Shown here in pieces: positions 10,290 to 25,230 of a stretch of DNA of 64,000 nucleotides. The notes below the pieces were generated by a model, which was not told the origin of the DNA, did not search any database, and saw only the letters and a program-made list of their open reading frames with translations. How positions within the stretch are numbered: the first letter of the stretch is position 1; the number at the start of each line of letters is the position of its first letter. The stretch lies in contig NC_043008.1 of assembly GCF_006345805.1 (NCBI RefSeq), positions 73,408,001-73,472,000 of the forward strand. Direction: 5' to 3'. The position numbers were made by a program, and so were the translations under genes. This stretch comes from Octopus sinensis (taxonomy: Eukaryota).

Positions 10290-11900
10290 GGGAATCATAC
10301 TAAGTTGTTGCAAAACATTATTGTAACGTTTTGTTAGCAGTTCATGTCTCTCTGAAGTTAGGAATTTTATCTTTTCTGGAAGACTTCCATTTTCTTGACT
10401 TCCTGAGAATAGATCTTACATCCTCTACCTTGATGCCTTCCCACTTTTGCCCTTCTAAGGAGTCAAAGTCTGTAGTCTGTAAGTCTATCCAAGGGGCTTT
10501 TCACTGTGTGTATTTTCTTCTGCCCAAATTTTACTCCAAACTTCCTGCACTTCTTTTGATGGGACAGACTTTACTGTAACTAGCATTTTCCCTATCTTCC
10601 AGTAAAAGTTTTGGGAGTTATTTTGCATATGTTATTATCCTTAAAGAATCTAACGCGCTTTTCATACCTTGGTATACGGGCAGCTTTCGCACACACCTTG
10701 ACAGTTTCTATGGTGTTATCGATGTCAAGGATTGTTTTCATATATTTTTTCTTTAATTTTCGGATTTTTGTTGGTTTGATAGCCTTATCAAACTTAAGGT
10801 TTTTTAAGCATTTTATGTCAGACCTAAGTAGCTGAATTTGGTGTTGAATACGCTCTTGCCAAGTTGGATTTTTGTTGGGATGTTGTCGTTTTCTAATCTT
10901 TCCACCACATAGAATCGATGAGATTTTCGCGGATGGATAGTACAGGTTGTTGAGGTGGTTGAGGTCTGAAATTATATTCTTAAGTGCAAGGCGGATTTTA
11001 CCAATTACTTTCAGGTTTTGGTTAGAATTGCGAATTTTTGGGAGTGTTGCGTTCATTCATAATAATTTCTTTAATTTTCAACCATTCAATCAAAATTTGA
11101 TATTTTTAGATCATATAGGGAAGTGGGGGCATTTTCTATGTGACTTTCTTCATCTATTTGATTTTCGTCTGCTTTAGTGTTTATGGTTGGTTCAGAGAAT
11201 ATCTCACTTTGCTTATCAGTTACATTAACTCTTTCAATCATTATTGTATTTTCCTCAGGCCTGGGTTGGTCTATAATTATTTCCTCTATAGTATATTCTT
11301 TAGCTGCAACTTCGTTCCTTTTATCCCTTACTGACTGTTTAATTTGGTCAATCTCTAATTCAGTGAGTAATTTCTTTTTTATAATGTTTCTTCTGACGTT
11401 GGCAAGTTTGTTACTGTCTATGTAGGACCTTATTTCAAAGTGCTTCTGTATCCGGTTCCAGGAGGTTTGTACAGTATTAAATGTATTTGTGGGGAAATAC
11501 ATGGCATGATAAAAGGCCTTAACTTCTTTATTATATCCACTAGACCATTTTTCACTCTTTTTCTTTTGGGTATTTGATGCCGAGCATGGATGGCCGTCTG
11601 TTGAAATATTTCGGTTGTGGGATACTTCCAGCTCCTGTGTTTCGGGAAGAGATGGACCAGTAGCTGATTTTTCGTATTCAATCTTGTTCACTCGGGTACG
11701 TTGTCCTTGGTGACGGCCGATTCGGTTTGTATTTGTTTTGTTATCATTGAGGCATGATGAGCTTGAACGTTGACATTAGGGGACGGTTCTGTCTGTTTAG
11801 GGTTAATTTTTTGAGACAACACAGCCTACGAGTTCTCTGAATGAAAACATTACTCCTAACATAACTTCTTAAGGCTAACAGATTTGTATTCGTCTATAAT
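10290..11900 (-). mobile_element. R4/Dong-like LINE, 5' half (N-terminal region to start of RT), degenerate
   Basis: ORFs 11086-11691 and 10592-11056 (DSNKLANVRRNIIKKKLLTELEIDQIK; PTWQERIQHQIQLLRSDI; AKAARIPRYEKR), followed by KIWAEE and WKSSRKDKIPNF-like RT N-terminal motifs. Confidence 0.7.
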
Positions 11901-11990
11901 TTTTTCGTGTGCTGATAGATTTAATTCCCAGGTATATTTTTTGTGGTGATTTCAAACTTATGAATTATTTTATGTCTTTCTTATTATGAA

Positions 11991-12375
11991 GGCGGTGAGC
12001 TGGCAGAAACGTTAGCACGCCGGGCGAAATGCTTAGTTGTATTTCGTCTGCCATTACGTTCTGAGTTCAAATTCTGCCGAGGTCGACTTTCATCCTTTCG
12101 GAGTCGATAAATTAAGTACCAGTTACGCACTGGGGTCGATATAATCGACTTTCTCTGTTCTTGTTTGTCCTCTCTGTGTTTAACTCCTTGTGGGTAGTAA
12201 AGAAATAGGTATTTCGTCTGCTGTTACGTTCTGAGTTCAAATTCCGCCGAGGTCGACTTTCCTTTTAATCCTTTCGGCGTCGATGAATTAAGTACTATTG
12301 AAACACTGGGGTCGATGTAATCGACTAGTCCCCCACGCCAAATTTCAGGTCTTATACTTACAGTAGAATGGATTA
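11991..12375 (+). mobile_element. tRNA-derived SINE family A (GGCGGTGAGCTGGCAGAA... head, internally duplicated core)
   Basis: A-box-like TGAGCTGGCAGAA, B-box-like GAGTTCAAATTC, duplicated GTATTTCGTCTG..GTCGAT module; homologous to 49756-49966. Confidence 0.8.
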
Positions 12376-12975
12376 TATATTATTGTATTTTTATTATCTT
12401 TTATTTTCTTTAGTTATTGTTATCGGTGATTTCTTTTATATTCTACAAGAAGTTCTCCCAAACTACAATATTTTTTAAAGCCGTTATGGTATGCATAAAG
12501 ATTCAGAAATTCGAGGAGCAATGTAGAAAGAACATTATTATTACTACATTTTTCCTAAACTCTGCAGTCATTGGTTAGTTCTTTCTGGAGATGTTATCGT
12601 GAAGCGACAGACGAAAAGAAAAAAAAATCGATTCAGATATTCATAGTATCAGTGATATATTGAAAATGGACATTTTATCTTTCTTCACTCAGATGAGAAA
12701 CACAAACAACAGCATAGAAACACACACACACACACATACACACATGCATGCACACACAAGATGAGGGAGAAAGAGAGACGTATATATAATATATAAATTG
12801 ATATATACATACAGATGCATATGCATACACATATGCACACAGAGACACACACAATTTATACACCAAATTTCATCACCCTTAAAGAGGAAAATATAAAATA
12901 TGTAGAATATATATGTACATAGGTATATATATATATATATACATATACACACACATACATTTATATATGGATGTC

Positions 12976-13022
<47 letters not shown>

Positions 13023-15003
13023 ACGCACACACTCACGCAAGCACATACACATATATTTTTATATGAAAGTAGGGTTTAAATACGATATATATGTTTTATA
13101 TGTTCGTGTGTTTTGATACCAGTAAAATACGGCTAAATATTTCGACCTGCGTGCTAACGATTTTGCCAGCTCTCCGCTTTGTATAATTCTGTAATATTAA
13201 GGTGTATTTAGAAGATTATTGAGAAGAATGTAGATTATTAGTGAAAAATATATGCGTTTCTTAATGTCCGTCCATGTGCTTTTGAAGCATGTGGGATTCG
13301 TGAACCCTGTCTTTACGGATTATTAGGATTAGATTTCTAGTCATTACTTAACGAGTGCTTGTATGTCTTTGTATACATGTGTGAATTTCTTTTAGTAGTA
13401 GAAGTGTCCTGCCATGGCTATTACTTCTATTAACTAACATCGTCATTTGAAGATAACAGTGGTGTTATATGAGAGATTTAATCTATAACTTAGTTTTTTG
13501 TAACTCAGTTGTGATGCAGAATTTTAAAACAACTTATAAATCACGTGGTGAGAAAATTATTTTTCTTAATTTATCCGAAAGACGAGCTGTGTTATAAGTT
13601 GCTGAATAAGTTTTAGTATAACGATCTGTTTACACGTTCCTTACATTTACACATTCCCTACATGTAAAAGTAATAGATTTGATATAAACTTCGTTTCTTT
13701 CTAATTTTTTTCTGAAATATAGTTTTGTTTTCTGATTAATGAACACCTAGTTTTGTTTTCTTTGTTTCAGTCACCACTGAATATAAGTATGCTCATGTCT
13801 ATGTGTGTACATACAAAAGCACGAACGCACACACGCACACACACACAAATGTATGCGTATACACAACCAAAAACATACAGCCAACGAAGTTAAAGTTATA
13901 ATTGTCTTGACTTTGATTTTCATTTCCTACCCTCGACAGATGATGGTTTCAGATTTTTCGTTCCTCATCAGTGTATCTTTGTCGAGTTTAAAGAGTAAAT
14001 GAATATTCAAAATAATTAAATAATCTTTTTCAATTATCTTTTTTGAGTGAAAAACGCGTGAATTACTAGACACAGGAAATTAACATTATCTATCATGTAA
14101 TAAGGTTGATGTTTGTTTTTGCATCAATAAAGTAAGCAGGTGCAGTGTATAGTAGAGACATTATGTAATGAACAAGATACAAAGAACAGTTGAGGTGGAG
14201 ATAAAGATTTTGCTTTTATTTGGTTGAATAAATTCATTTTTTTAATGTTAAATTTCAGGAGAAATCTCAGAAGCATATCGTCGTAAATAATGGGCTTGGT
14301 TAATGTTCGAGCTGAAGTGCTAGGTGTGTTCTGTGAAACATTTGTTCACTCCAGAGGTGTTTAAGTATAAACTAATATGGTGGTGACTGTAGATTCCGAA
14401 ATTTATCAATTTTTTCACTTTTTTGCATATAAATAACTGAATGCAGAAAACTGCTCTACAATATGTGGGACTTCAAATCAGGTATCGAGCGGTAGTGTCA
14501 AGATCAGAATGTATTAGTTCTTGTATAACAATGCCATTTACTTCAATAGCGGTAAACATTGATGAGTGATCTGCGTGCAATAAGGAACACTGCTAATGAA
14601 TTAGTTTTTTATGTATCCTGATGATGGCGAATCGCTTGGAAAAAATTCCTCTACGTCAAATAATCTACACCAGAGAATTCCCTTCTGTGAATGTACTATG
14701 TTAAATAATCACCTAAAATAGTGTTTTACAACTTTTATTTATTAGTTGTCATGTCTACAACTAAATGCACATATGTATATTTACATATATTATACATATA
14801 AACATGTGATGAGAGAGAAAGAGGGAGAGAGAGGGAAATAGAGATAGAGGGGAGAGCGCGTGCGAGTGAGAGACAGAAAACTGAAATCAAAATGACAAAT
14901 ACGTGTGTATATGTGTATGTGTGCATTTGTTTGTATGTAGTGTGTGCATGTAAATATATGGTCTGTGTACATCCCATTCAAACTTGCGACTAATGTATGC
15001 ATA

Positions 15004-15134
15004 ATAGTAATAATAAATAATAATAACAACAACCACAACAACAACGACGACGACGACGACGATGACGACAACAACAACAACAACAACAACAACAATAATA
15101 ATAATTATAACAATAATAACAATAATAATAATAT

Positions 15135-15180
<46 letters not shown>
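15004..15180 (+). repeat. Compound trinucleotide array (AAT/AAC/GAC/GAT)
   Basis: Seen directly. Confidence 0.95.
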
Positions 15181-15189
15181 AAAGGAGAA

Positions 15190-16110
15190 CGCTTGCCGAG
15201 TATTTGATAAATAGTGTTGCAATATGCCGCGAAAAATATGGATGTAAATGCAGATGAAATGATGGGCAAGGAAGAATTTAACCAAAGAGGAGAAGAGAGA
15301 AGAAGACCTTGAGATGAGAATGCATGGGCATTTTGAAAGAAATACACAGGACGTTAAGGATAATACAGCATCGTGGGCATAGCTTGAGCGAGATGATTTG
15401 AAGCGTACTACCGAAATCCTGATCATTTCTGCACAAGACTAGGCTCTCGCCACCAATTCAATGAAGTATAACATCTACAAAACTTTTAACACGCAGAAAT
15501 GCAGAATCTGTAGAAAGAGTGTGGAAAATGTGACCCACTTGGTAAGTGGATGTGAGATCCTTGCACAGAAAGAATACAAGTGCCCCCACGATAAAGTGTG
15601 TGCGTTTCTTCATTGGCTCTTATGCCGTAAATACCAATACGAAGTAACAGAGAACTGGTATGGGTATATACCAAGTAAAGTTATGCAGGAGGATGGAAAA
15701 GTAACGATACTCTGAGACTGATTTTCAGACGGATCGTGTAATCGAACACCGTCGGCCGGATATTGTCATATTGAATAAGAGACAAATACTGTCAGACGTT
15801 GATGTAGCCATATCAAATGACATGAATGTTGTGAGTAAAGAGGTTGAAAAAATCATCAAGTACTCCAAATTGGCAAGACTGTATGGAAAGTGATAGGATA
15901 ATGTAAAAGTAATACCAGCGGTGATCAGAGCGTTAGGCTCAATCCCATTGAAACTTCAAAACTTCTTAAGGCAACTGGAAATCCCATTCAAAACTGATGT
16001 CTTGTATAAAGCAGTCTTATTGGGCACAGCGCACATCTTAAGGAATGTATTATCTGTCTGAGGTCCTTGATGTGACTTGGCAGATGACTAAAGACTCCGA
16101 TGCAATTTTA
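15190..16110 (+). mobile_element. R4/Dong-like LINE 3' fragment between trinucleotide arrays
   Basis: CRICRKSVENVTHLVSGCEILAQKEYKCPHDKVCAFLHWLLC, RPDIV and VLLGTAHILRNVL. Confidence 0.85.
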
Positions 16111-16130
16111 CCTAAACTGTGTTAGGAAGG

Positions 16131-16149
16131 AATAATGATAATAATAATC

Positions 16150-16189
<40 letters not shown>

Positions 16190-16193
16190 TAAC

Positions 16194-16241
<48 letters not shown>

Positions 16242-16245
16242 TATA
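16131..16245 (+). repeat. (AAT)n/(GAT)n array
   Basis: Seen directly. Confidence 0.95.
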
Positions 16246-16349
16246 ATAGAAATGAAAGAAAGTCTCCGAGGAGGATTCCGCTAAATGGGGAGAATATATG
16301 GAAAAGAATGAATTCATGGACCATTCAGATACATTTTCCCATTTTCTAA

Positions 16350-17330
16350 ATAGAGAAAGACAGGGCCTAAGGAAGATCTAAGAAGTTTTGCCCAATGCGC
16401 ACTCCAATAAAATTAATACGGATAGGCTCTATCTACCAAGAAAAAATAGAGGCTGAGGTTTGTTAAACGCAGAAGGTACTTACAGTATTGCAATATTCGG
16501 TTGGAAAATTATGTTGTGATTAGGGGAAAGAGAATACAGTGTGTAGCCAGAAATATCAGAAACATCGCTGAAAGTTAAGAGAGTCCAGGAACAGAGAATA
16601 CATGATAAGACAAGCAGCTGTAAAGAAATTACATGTCCATTTATGCAACAAACCGAGTATGTTACAAGTAAAGACTGGTAATTATAGTTAACAGACAGAA
16701 ACCTGAAACTGAATCATAACTGCTCAGGAAGTAGTCATTAGAACGAAATTGATAAAGGCAAAAAATGATAAAACCTAGTCAGAGAACAATTGTAGAATCT
16801 GTAGAAAAAGCGTTGGAAGTATTAACCATCTCTTAAGTGAATACGGTAAACTAGCACAAAATGTGCATAAAACTGCTCTAGGATTTTAGCCGAATTTGTG
16901 GATTCAAAGTGAGAAAAAACCGATACGAACACAGCACGAGGCTATGATGATGAATAATTTGGATTTCATGGGATTTCTCTATAGAGAGTGATCATACTGA
17001 TGAAGCAAAGAAACCACATATGCTCCTAGAGGACAAAGAGAAAAAACAATGTAAGATCATTGAATATACAAAAGATATGATGATTGAGTGGATGCCTAAA
17101 GATTTGAGAAAACCGAGAAATATCAGGATTCAGCCAGAGATATGAAGAAATACTTGTAGGTGCACTTGTCACAACGCTCAAACTGCTACCGAAAAGAGAG
17201 GAAGATATTGGACTTGGGACTTGCATTTTCGACTTGTAGAATACTGCAGTCATGGATTCTGCAGGATTCTTGAGAAAGATTCTTAAGGTTGAGATTTGTT
17301 GCGATCAAACCTGAAGACAAAATTTCTATT
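16350..17330 (+). mobile_element. Highly degenerate R4/Dong-like LINE fragment
   Basis: LYLPRKNRG, CRICRKSVGSINHLLSE and ARILEKIL-like C-terminus. Confidence 0.65.
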
Positions 17331-18926
17331 ACATAAAATAACAGCAGCAGCTATAGTAGTGGTAATATGAATTTATGTACGTATTTGCGTGTGTGTGTCT
17401 ATACACGCACACACACGTGTGTGTGTATATATGTGTGAGATTTCTCTTTATCTTTAATTCTAAAAATTCTTCTAAAACGCCTGGGGATACTCTAGGTAGA
17501 AGATTCGAAACCTCTCCTTAGGAATTTAGAAAACAATTGAAACAATTCATACGTCGAAAAATATACAGTGTCTTGTATATATTCACTGTTGCTTTTATGG
17601 AGTTGAATTGAAAATACGTCTTCTATTACAGTCTTGTTTGCTTGAAAACTCCAGCTTAAACACTTAAATAACATGACCAGGTTCACCAATGGTTACATGT
17701 ACATATTTAATATAATAGTCTGATAAAGAATTTGATGTTCCCAAACATTTTTCCATAAATGTTTTCTTTCTCACTGATCTTGAATGAAATATCCATATCC
17801 ACTCGTAAGTTGATTTCAACAACAGCAACAACAATTTTGATAATTTATTTATTTGTTTTATATTCAAAAGCACAAATAACAATTCCAAGCCTCGTGTATT
17901 ACTATGCTTGGTGAAACGTTTCATTGTTTCCAACAATAATCCTTCTTCTGAAACACATGGATTTATTCAAAGTAAATATTTTTTGTAATATCCTACGGAT
18001 GAGAGCTTTCTCCATGTTGGTATGTGTTTGTAAATATATATATACACATACATAGATGCACACGCACGCACACATGTATGTATATATGTGTGCGTGATTG
18101 TGTGCGTGCGTGCGTGTGTGCATGTGTGTGTATATATGTGTGTATGTTGTGTGTCTGAGTGTATGGCTGTGTGTATATATATTTCTGTATATGTGCGCAT
18201 TGGTTTATATTATGTAAGCTTGCTAATATCTTCCCATGGATACATGTAAGTTCTACATCTATGTAGCGTACAGCATGTATTTATTTCAAGTTTATATCTA
18301 TACACATACACACACACGCGCACTTATATACATAAATATACACATTCGGATACACACATATATATATACTCAAACACACATATACACTTATATAGAGCAT
18401 TGAGAATCATATTGTCAAACAAGAGGATGAAACATACACCAAGCATAAATTGTTGTAAGCCATTACTTACAACAAATGACAAACAATTGAAACAGCTATT
18501 GCAACACTGTATCCCACATCTTTAGCTCCACCTGCTCACTAAGACTATTCCTAAATAAAACTCATGCTTGTTGAATGTATTTATCACATAGATGGTATGA
18601 ATAATAATCGCTATGTCTAAATGAATATAAAATTGCACCTACATTGGTGTCGGACATAGATAAATAAAAGTGACAAGCTGCGATAAGTCATCTGTGTTTC
18701 CTTAACTACAAAAGTTTATGGCTAATAATGTATACATAAAACAAAACAAAACAAAAGAACAAGGGGCAGAGATAGATGATGGAATAACAAACAGTTTGAC
18801 GCTCAGGAAAATGGAGGAGGTTTTTGAGCTTTCGAGCTTACGCACTTCTACGGAAAGGATAGGGGAAAAAACAGATGGTGACAAGTTAAAAACAGAGACG
18901 AAAACATTAATGGTTGCACATGTTGA

Positions 18927-18970
<44 letters not shown>

Positions 18971-19103
18971 TGAGAAGTATTGGTGTCAAGAAAGCCCAAA
19001 AGGTGTCGGGTAACGTTAAGTAAGTGCTACGGATAGACCATGTTTAAGCCCCAGGTTCGATAATGATACGGGTGAGGAGTCCAACGTGGCTCATGTATTA
19101 GCA

Positions 19104-19145
<42 letters not shown>

Positions 19146-21131
19146 TTGACAGAATGAGATAAAAAAATAAACAGAGAAAAGTAAACACACAAAAATAAAA
19201 ATAAAAATGATCTTATAAGCATTCCTTTTGTCATCACCCAAGACCCAAGAAATCATGACATCAGCACTGCAAAACAATACCTCCCAATCCTTCAACATTC
19301 ATCAAGAATGAACTAATTAATAACAAACTCAAAAATAATTTATGGCAGACGGCAAGCATCCAACATTAAAAAAAATTACTCTTAACCCAAGTAAAATTTA
19401 CAACCACAGAAACAACAAAGAGAGTTAAAAATTGTGGTGACCCTCGCTGTGGGACTAGTGACTACATTGAAGAGGGAGTATAAATTATTTTCATAAACAA
19501 TGACACTTTCAAAATAAATGTAAATAGGAATTGCAAATCCAAGAATTTAATGTACTTAATGTAGATTAATGTAGCATTCGTTGGATTTAATTTAATGTAG
19601 TATTCGTTGCATGCACCGAATGCAACGAATACTACATTGATGAAACGAGCATCGGACTATATAGGAGGGTAAGGGTACACAAATAACAGATCCATGACCC
19701 CTCCGTTAGAAACACAACCTGTAGCGAACATTTTCAAAAATATGGAAAAAGAAAATTCAAAATATTCCCTTTCTTTAAACTGTGGACAGAAAAATGAACA
19801 TTTTCGTAAGGCCAAGCAAGGATATTTTATTCGAAAATATCAGCCAAATTAGAACAAAAAATAATACCACACCTACCAGAACTGCCATCTCAGCAATCCT
19901 CAGAAAGATACCAACCAAACACAGCTTGAATAAGGAAAAGCATATATGAATTGAATTGAATTGAATTGAACTAGTTTCGACTTACGAACTGTGACCATGC
20001 TGGGGCAACACCATTTGATTTTATGACATACACAATTTTTACTTCACTAACAAATATTCTCTTAGAACTTGACATTCGATGCATGAAAGAATCCGACACC
20101 GCTGCCTTCTCTTGCATTTCTTGCCGTCAAATTAAATTCATCTGGGACCCTTGAGAGTACGAGATCTTATACTGTCTTTTGATGACACATCTACCTGATA
20201 TGAGTATACACTCTTTTTTGAACTATGTTATGTACGCATGTGTATATATGTGTGGAAATATCTATATGTGTGTATATGTATAAATATATATGTTCGTGTG
20301 TGTGTGCAGGTATGTAAGTATGTATATTTACATAAAAATATAGGGATATAAGTTTGTATGGATGTACACCCTTCATGCATGTGTACACCTATATATGTAA
20401 GTATGTGTGAGTATATATATATATATATATATATGAGTATGTGTGTGTATATATGTATATATATGTGTGTGTGGGTATTTGTGTTTATATATATGTGTGT
20501 ATACGTGTGTGTGTGTGTGCATATGGATATTTATGTATATGTATACACATAGAGACATGTGTAGATGTGTGGATGCATGTGGATGTATGTATGTCTGTGT
20601 GTGTGTACGTATGTGACTAAATAAGGGCAGACCATACCAGCTGTGAAAAATGAATAAAATGCCATCAAGTCAAAAGATTCACATTTTTGACCACTCCTAA
20701 AAATATTCCATTTCTTTATTCCTGATAGACTAATTTCTTCTCATTACCATTTTCAACTACTTTTTGCCTTCCTACCTGCCACGTTTTTCTTTTTCTTTTT
20801 TCCCCTTCTTCTTTTATACTTCTTTCTTCTTTTTTCACGCATGGTGTATTTACTTTTTGTATTTTCATTTTTATACTATTTTTTATATTAGGTTTTATAC
20901 GCATTGTTTTTTAATTTTTTTAATCTTTTATCTTCTATTTTTATTTTTATTTTTTATTTGTATACTTCTTAGAAAAAATGTTTTTCTATATAAGCAGCCT
21001 TCTAAACCACAGAACTTCAGTTTGAAAACGGCTATCGAAAAGCTCAAAAGTCATTAGAGTAACTGTAAACATTATCATTAAAATAAAAATTATCAACCCA
21101 AAAGGAAACTCTACTAATTTTTTCAAATATA

Positions 21132-22342
21132 TCAGGTCATCCCATAAGTTCTGTCCGATTTTAACTTTTTTAAAATTGAATGAAATTTAATAGTATTTTA
21201 GAATGTCTAATGGAATAGAAAATATTTTTACGCATTTGTGTACATTTAAACTAATTAAATATTATTTTACAGAATAATAGAATTAAAATTTCTTTGATTA
21301 AAACACTTTCTAACATGGAAGTATCCAAAGGGCATTTGCGGCACATAATGCTTTATGAGGGAACTTTGCAGTCGAAGCGACTCGAAACATACACTCAGTT
21401 TATGGGAAAGAATGTTTGAATGAAAGAACTTGCAGAAGATGGTTTGAAAAATTCAGAAGTGGAGATTTCAGCCTTGAAGATGAAGATCGAACAGGACGTC
21501 CAGTTGAGTTTGATGATAAGCTCCTTGAGGAATCACTTGAAGAAAATCCTGCATTATCAGTGGAAGAATTGGCAATAAAGCTTACTCAAACACTACAACT
21601 GTTCACCGTCATCTTCAAAAACTTGGAAAGGTTCCTAAACTTGGAAAAAGGGTGCCTCATAAATTGTTCGAAAGCAACCGCAAATCCCGAGTTGACATTT
21701 GCTCTTCTCTCCATTCTCGCGAACTCACTTCACCCTCTTTGGATAGACTTGTGACTGGTGACGAAGAATGGATCTTCTACCGAAATGTTAAACATCGTAA
21801 GCAGTGGCTTGGTAAAAGGGAAAAGGTTCGACCACAACCGAGAACGGAACTTCATGGAAAAAATGCAGCAATCAATGCTCAAGTCTGCTGTCAGCAATTA
21901 GAGCGTTTGAACCAAGCTTTGAAGAAAAAAGACCCGCTTTAGGGAATCGAAAAGGAGTGATGTTTCATCAGGGTAATGCGCGACTCCAAACTGCAAAGAT
22001 CACATCACAGAAGATCGAAAAACTTGGTGGGGAAAAATTCCTCATCCACCTTATTCTCCCGACCTTGTTCCTTCGGACTACCATTTGTTTCGTAGTTTAC
22101 AGAATCATTTGGGGGACATAACTTTCGCAAGCCAAGTGGAGGTCGAAATTGACATTTCAGAGTTCTTCGCTTTGAAAGCAAAAGAGTTTTACATTGATGG
22201 GATTAAAAAGCTTGTAAATTGATGGAAGGAAGTCATAGATAATCAGGGAAAGTACATTGATGATTAAATTTCAATTAAATATAACATTTGATCACTTGTT
22301 TTCTTTATTCAAAATTCGGACAGAACTTATGGGATGACCTGA
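21132..22342 (+). mobile_element. Mariner (DD34D) transposon, full length, inactivated
   Basis: Perfect 27-bp TIR TCAGGTCATCCCATAAGTTCTGTCCGA and TA TSDs. Transposase remnants MEVSKGHLRHIMLYE, WFEKFRSGDFSLED..GRP, VTGDEEW and HPPYSPDLVPSDYHLF. Confidence 0.95.
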
Positions 22343-22543
22343 TATTATACTGTATCAAGAACTTTTTATATATACTAGCAGAAATACCCGGCGTTATCCG
22401 AGTTAAAGAAAATAATGAAATTTAAAAACACCGTCTAGATTACGCAGGTCTCGACTGCGTGTAGCTGAGATACCAACTTTCTACGTAAATCTGCAACCCA
22501 TGCCAGTATGGAACATAGACGTTAAATGAAATGTGAAAAGACA

Positions 22544-22992
22544 GGCGTAAGAGTGTATGTGTAGTAAGTAGCTTGCTAATCAACCACATGATTCCGAGTT
22601 CAGTCCTCCTACGTGGCACCTTAGGCGAGTGTCTTCTACTATAGCCCCGGGCCCACCAAAACCTTATGAATGGATCCGATAGATGGAAACTGAAAGAAGC
22701 CCATCGTATATATGTATATGTGTGTGCGTGTGCGTGTGTGTGTGTGTGTGTGTTTGTGTGAGTGCGTGTGTATGTGTGTGTGTGTTTGCGTGTCCGTATG
22801 TGTCTCCCAAACATCGCTTGACAACCGATGCTGGTGTGTTTACGTCCCCGTAACCCAGTGGTTCGGCAAAAGAGACCGATAGAATAAGTACTAGGCTTAC
22901 AAAGAATAAGACCTGGGGTCGATTTGCTCGACTAAAGGCGGTGCTCCAACATGGCCGCAGTCAAATGACTGAAAGAAGTAAAATAATAAAAG
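22544..22992 (+). mobile_element. tRNA-derived SINE family B (internal TA/GT microsatellite; tail ..GGCGGTGCTCCAGCATGGCCGCAGTCAAATGACTGAAAC)
   Basis: tRNA-like head with GAGTTCAGTCC; homologous to at least five other copies in the window. Confidence 0.85.
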
Positions 22993-24599
22993 AAAAACTC
23001 ATATATATATGTCGATCTATCTGTCTGGCTATGTATCTATCAGTCGGTCTGTCTTTTTGTCTGTCTGCGTCTCTATACTTCTGTCTATTTGTCGGTCTGT
23101 CTTTCTGTCTATCAATCTCTCTCTCTCTCTCTCTCTCTGTATTTCTTTCTTTCTTTCATATTCTACTTACATTTCCTCGGTGTATGTATCTGTCTACTCT
23201 ACATTGATAAACATTTAAGCCAAGTAACTGAAAAATATATAAAATTATCTGTATAACTGTAGTGTTGTGGCATGGCCTCAGCTTTTGAGCTGCAACACAT
23301 AAAAAGGCAAAATATAACCCAGACCAACTTGCTAGGGTATCTTCTATCGTCAATGAATCTATCTATCCACATAGATACATGGGCGGATTGAAGATATGGA
23401 AACTGTTGAGCATTAAAATCTGTCATAACTAAACATTTATTTTTATTGTCTGTCAAAATATTCGACGTTTAAAATCATGTAACTGTTTTCCACTACCGCA
23501 TTCCTTTCGGTCAACCCTTACGCATTCACTCTATCTCTCTTCCTCCCTCTCATTGCCTCTCGCTGCAACCATACCACATGCCTCTTTCTAGTTTTTCCTT
23601 CAACTATCTAACTAATCACACAATATAAAGTCATACCTTTCTTCTGGTTCTCACTCTTAACACTTCTCTCTCTCTCTTTGCCTCTCCCTTGAATAAACCA
23701 GGTGGCAGCGTCACATATTCAACCTTAGCATTTTAATATATAGACAATGAAAATAAAATACTGTTGTCTACTTGCCAATAAATTAGTCCTAATTAAATTA
23801 GTGCTTTAAACTTCTGTAATAAAAAAAAACAACAGCAAAAAAGCTAAAAGCCAATTTACTACATTCTAAAAATGTGTAAAATGTCGAAACGTGTAAAAAT
23901 TCACTCCTGAATCTTTAATAAAAATGTAAGAGAGTTGAGTAAAATATACAACATACTTTCACCTCTTTGAAATGAGTATCCACACAAAAAAGCTGAGGGT
24001 TTGTAATTTTGACTGAAAAGCAACACACATCAAATATCGCTTTATGTCGTAAAGGCATAATATTACGATTCCAGTAAATCTGGAAGTTGTTTATATACAC
24101 GCTGTTTGTATTTTGTCAGCAACAACTGCAATACTATTTCCAGTATTTATACTAGCTCACAGATATTTAAAATTATTTCAAAGTGAGAAGGAAATAAATC
24201 TTAAAATCTTCTCTGTTTTAGCGAAAGAAGTAAAACCATTACATTGAAAGAAACATTAAAATTTTAAAATATTTACTGTAGAAATTTCCTTGTCTTTGTA
24301 GCTATAAAAAGTTTATTACTAAAATTGCGTTAACTTATCCAATTTTTTACCTAAAGCAAATATCATTTATATATATTCCTTTCTGAAACGAAGCAAGAAG
24401 AAAAAGAAAGTAATTCAACTAAAGCTATCTTCCAACCAAATCTCATATTTGTAGCCTGCTATATCTTGAAGAATGCGTGGAGAATGGCACATTATAAAAT
24501 TTTAGAAGAAACACATTTTCTTATATTTTTTAGTAATTTTTAACTCATCCCATTCTAAAATACTTCTCTGTAGGAAGACGGGCGTTAATGACAACATTA

Positions 24600-25230
24600 T
24601 GACTACGAACATATTTATGTGAGTTTTTATTATTTTCTACGATCTTTATCATTTCTTCCTTTATCAGTACATAATTCTCTGGCGGTCTTATATTCTGTCA
24701 ATAGAATTATTCTTTGTCGTACTTTTTAGACTGTATTCTTCGGTTTCTTCTGCTAGTTTGGACTGACTGGTGCTGTTTGCATTGAATTGACGCTTAGAAA
24801 AATCTAGCATGGCTGTTGTTAATTTTGTATTTATCTAAGTTAACTCTGATCATGAAGTGATACTTTCAAAGCCCTCCACTCTTGTGTATCCCGTCTTTTA
24901 ATCAGATATATTTAATTTATGACTGCATATTTAATTTATGACTCGTTCCTCATTTTAAAAGATCTGGATAAGGTAACAGGCGAATTCGGGTATAGAGCCT
25001 GACATCTGCGATTTTATCTAGTTGTTAGCAAGTGGAGATGCAAATTTGTGTAGGCACTCATTCGGGACATTAGCATAGATTTTTATCGAGACACGATGCT
25101 GAATATTGTTTTGTTTTAGAGTTCAGAGAGCTCAAAGTTAGGTCAGATATGTTAGTAATATAATGAGCCACTCTTTAGGGATAGTTAGAAGTAGATATCT
25201 AGATCTAAAGGACCTAGATAGTATTAGTAT
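24600..25230 (-). mobile_element. Possible degenerate Penelope-like RT fragment
   Basis: Minus strand VSIKIYANVPNECL resembles the PLE SLYTNVP motif; weak. Confidence 0.35.

Noticed and set aside
13750-14330. Splice-acceptor-like sites (tttgtttcag at ~13770; aaatttcag at ~14260) suggesting host exons
   Set aside because: Downstream frames close within a few codons and give no recognisable protein.
17759-18025. Hydrophobic reading frame ending at a GTATGT donor-like site (channel/GPCR-like look)
   Set aside because: It has an internal TGA and upstream stops, and AT-rich DNA yields I/L/F-rich translations by chance.
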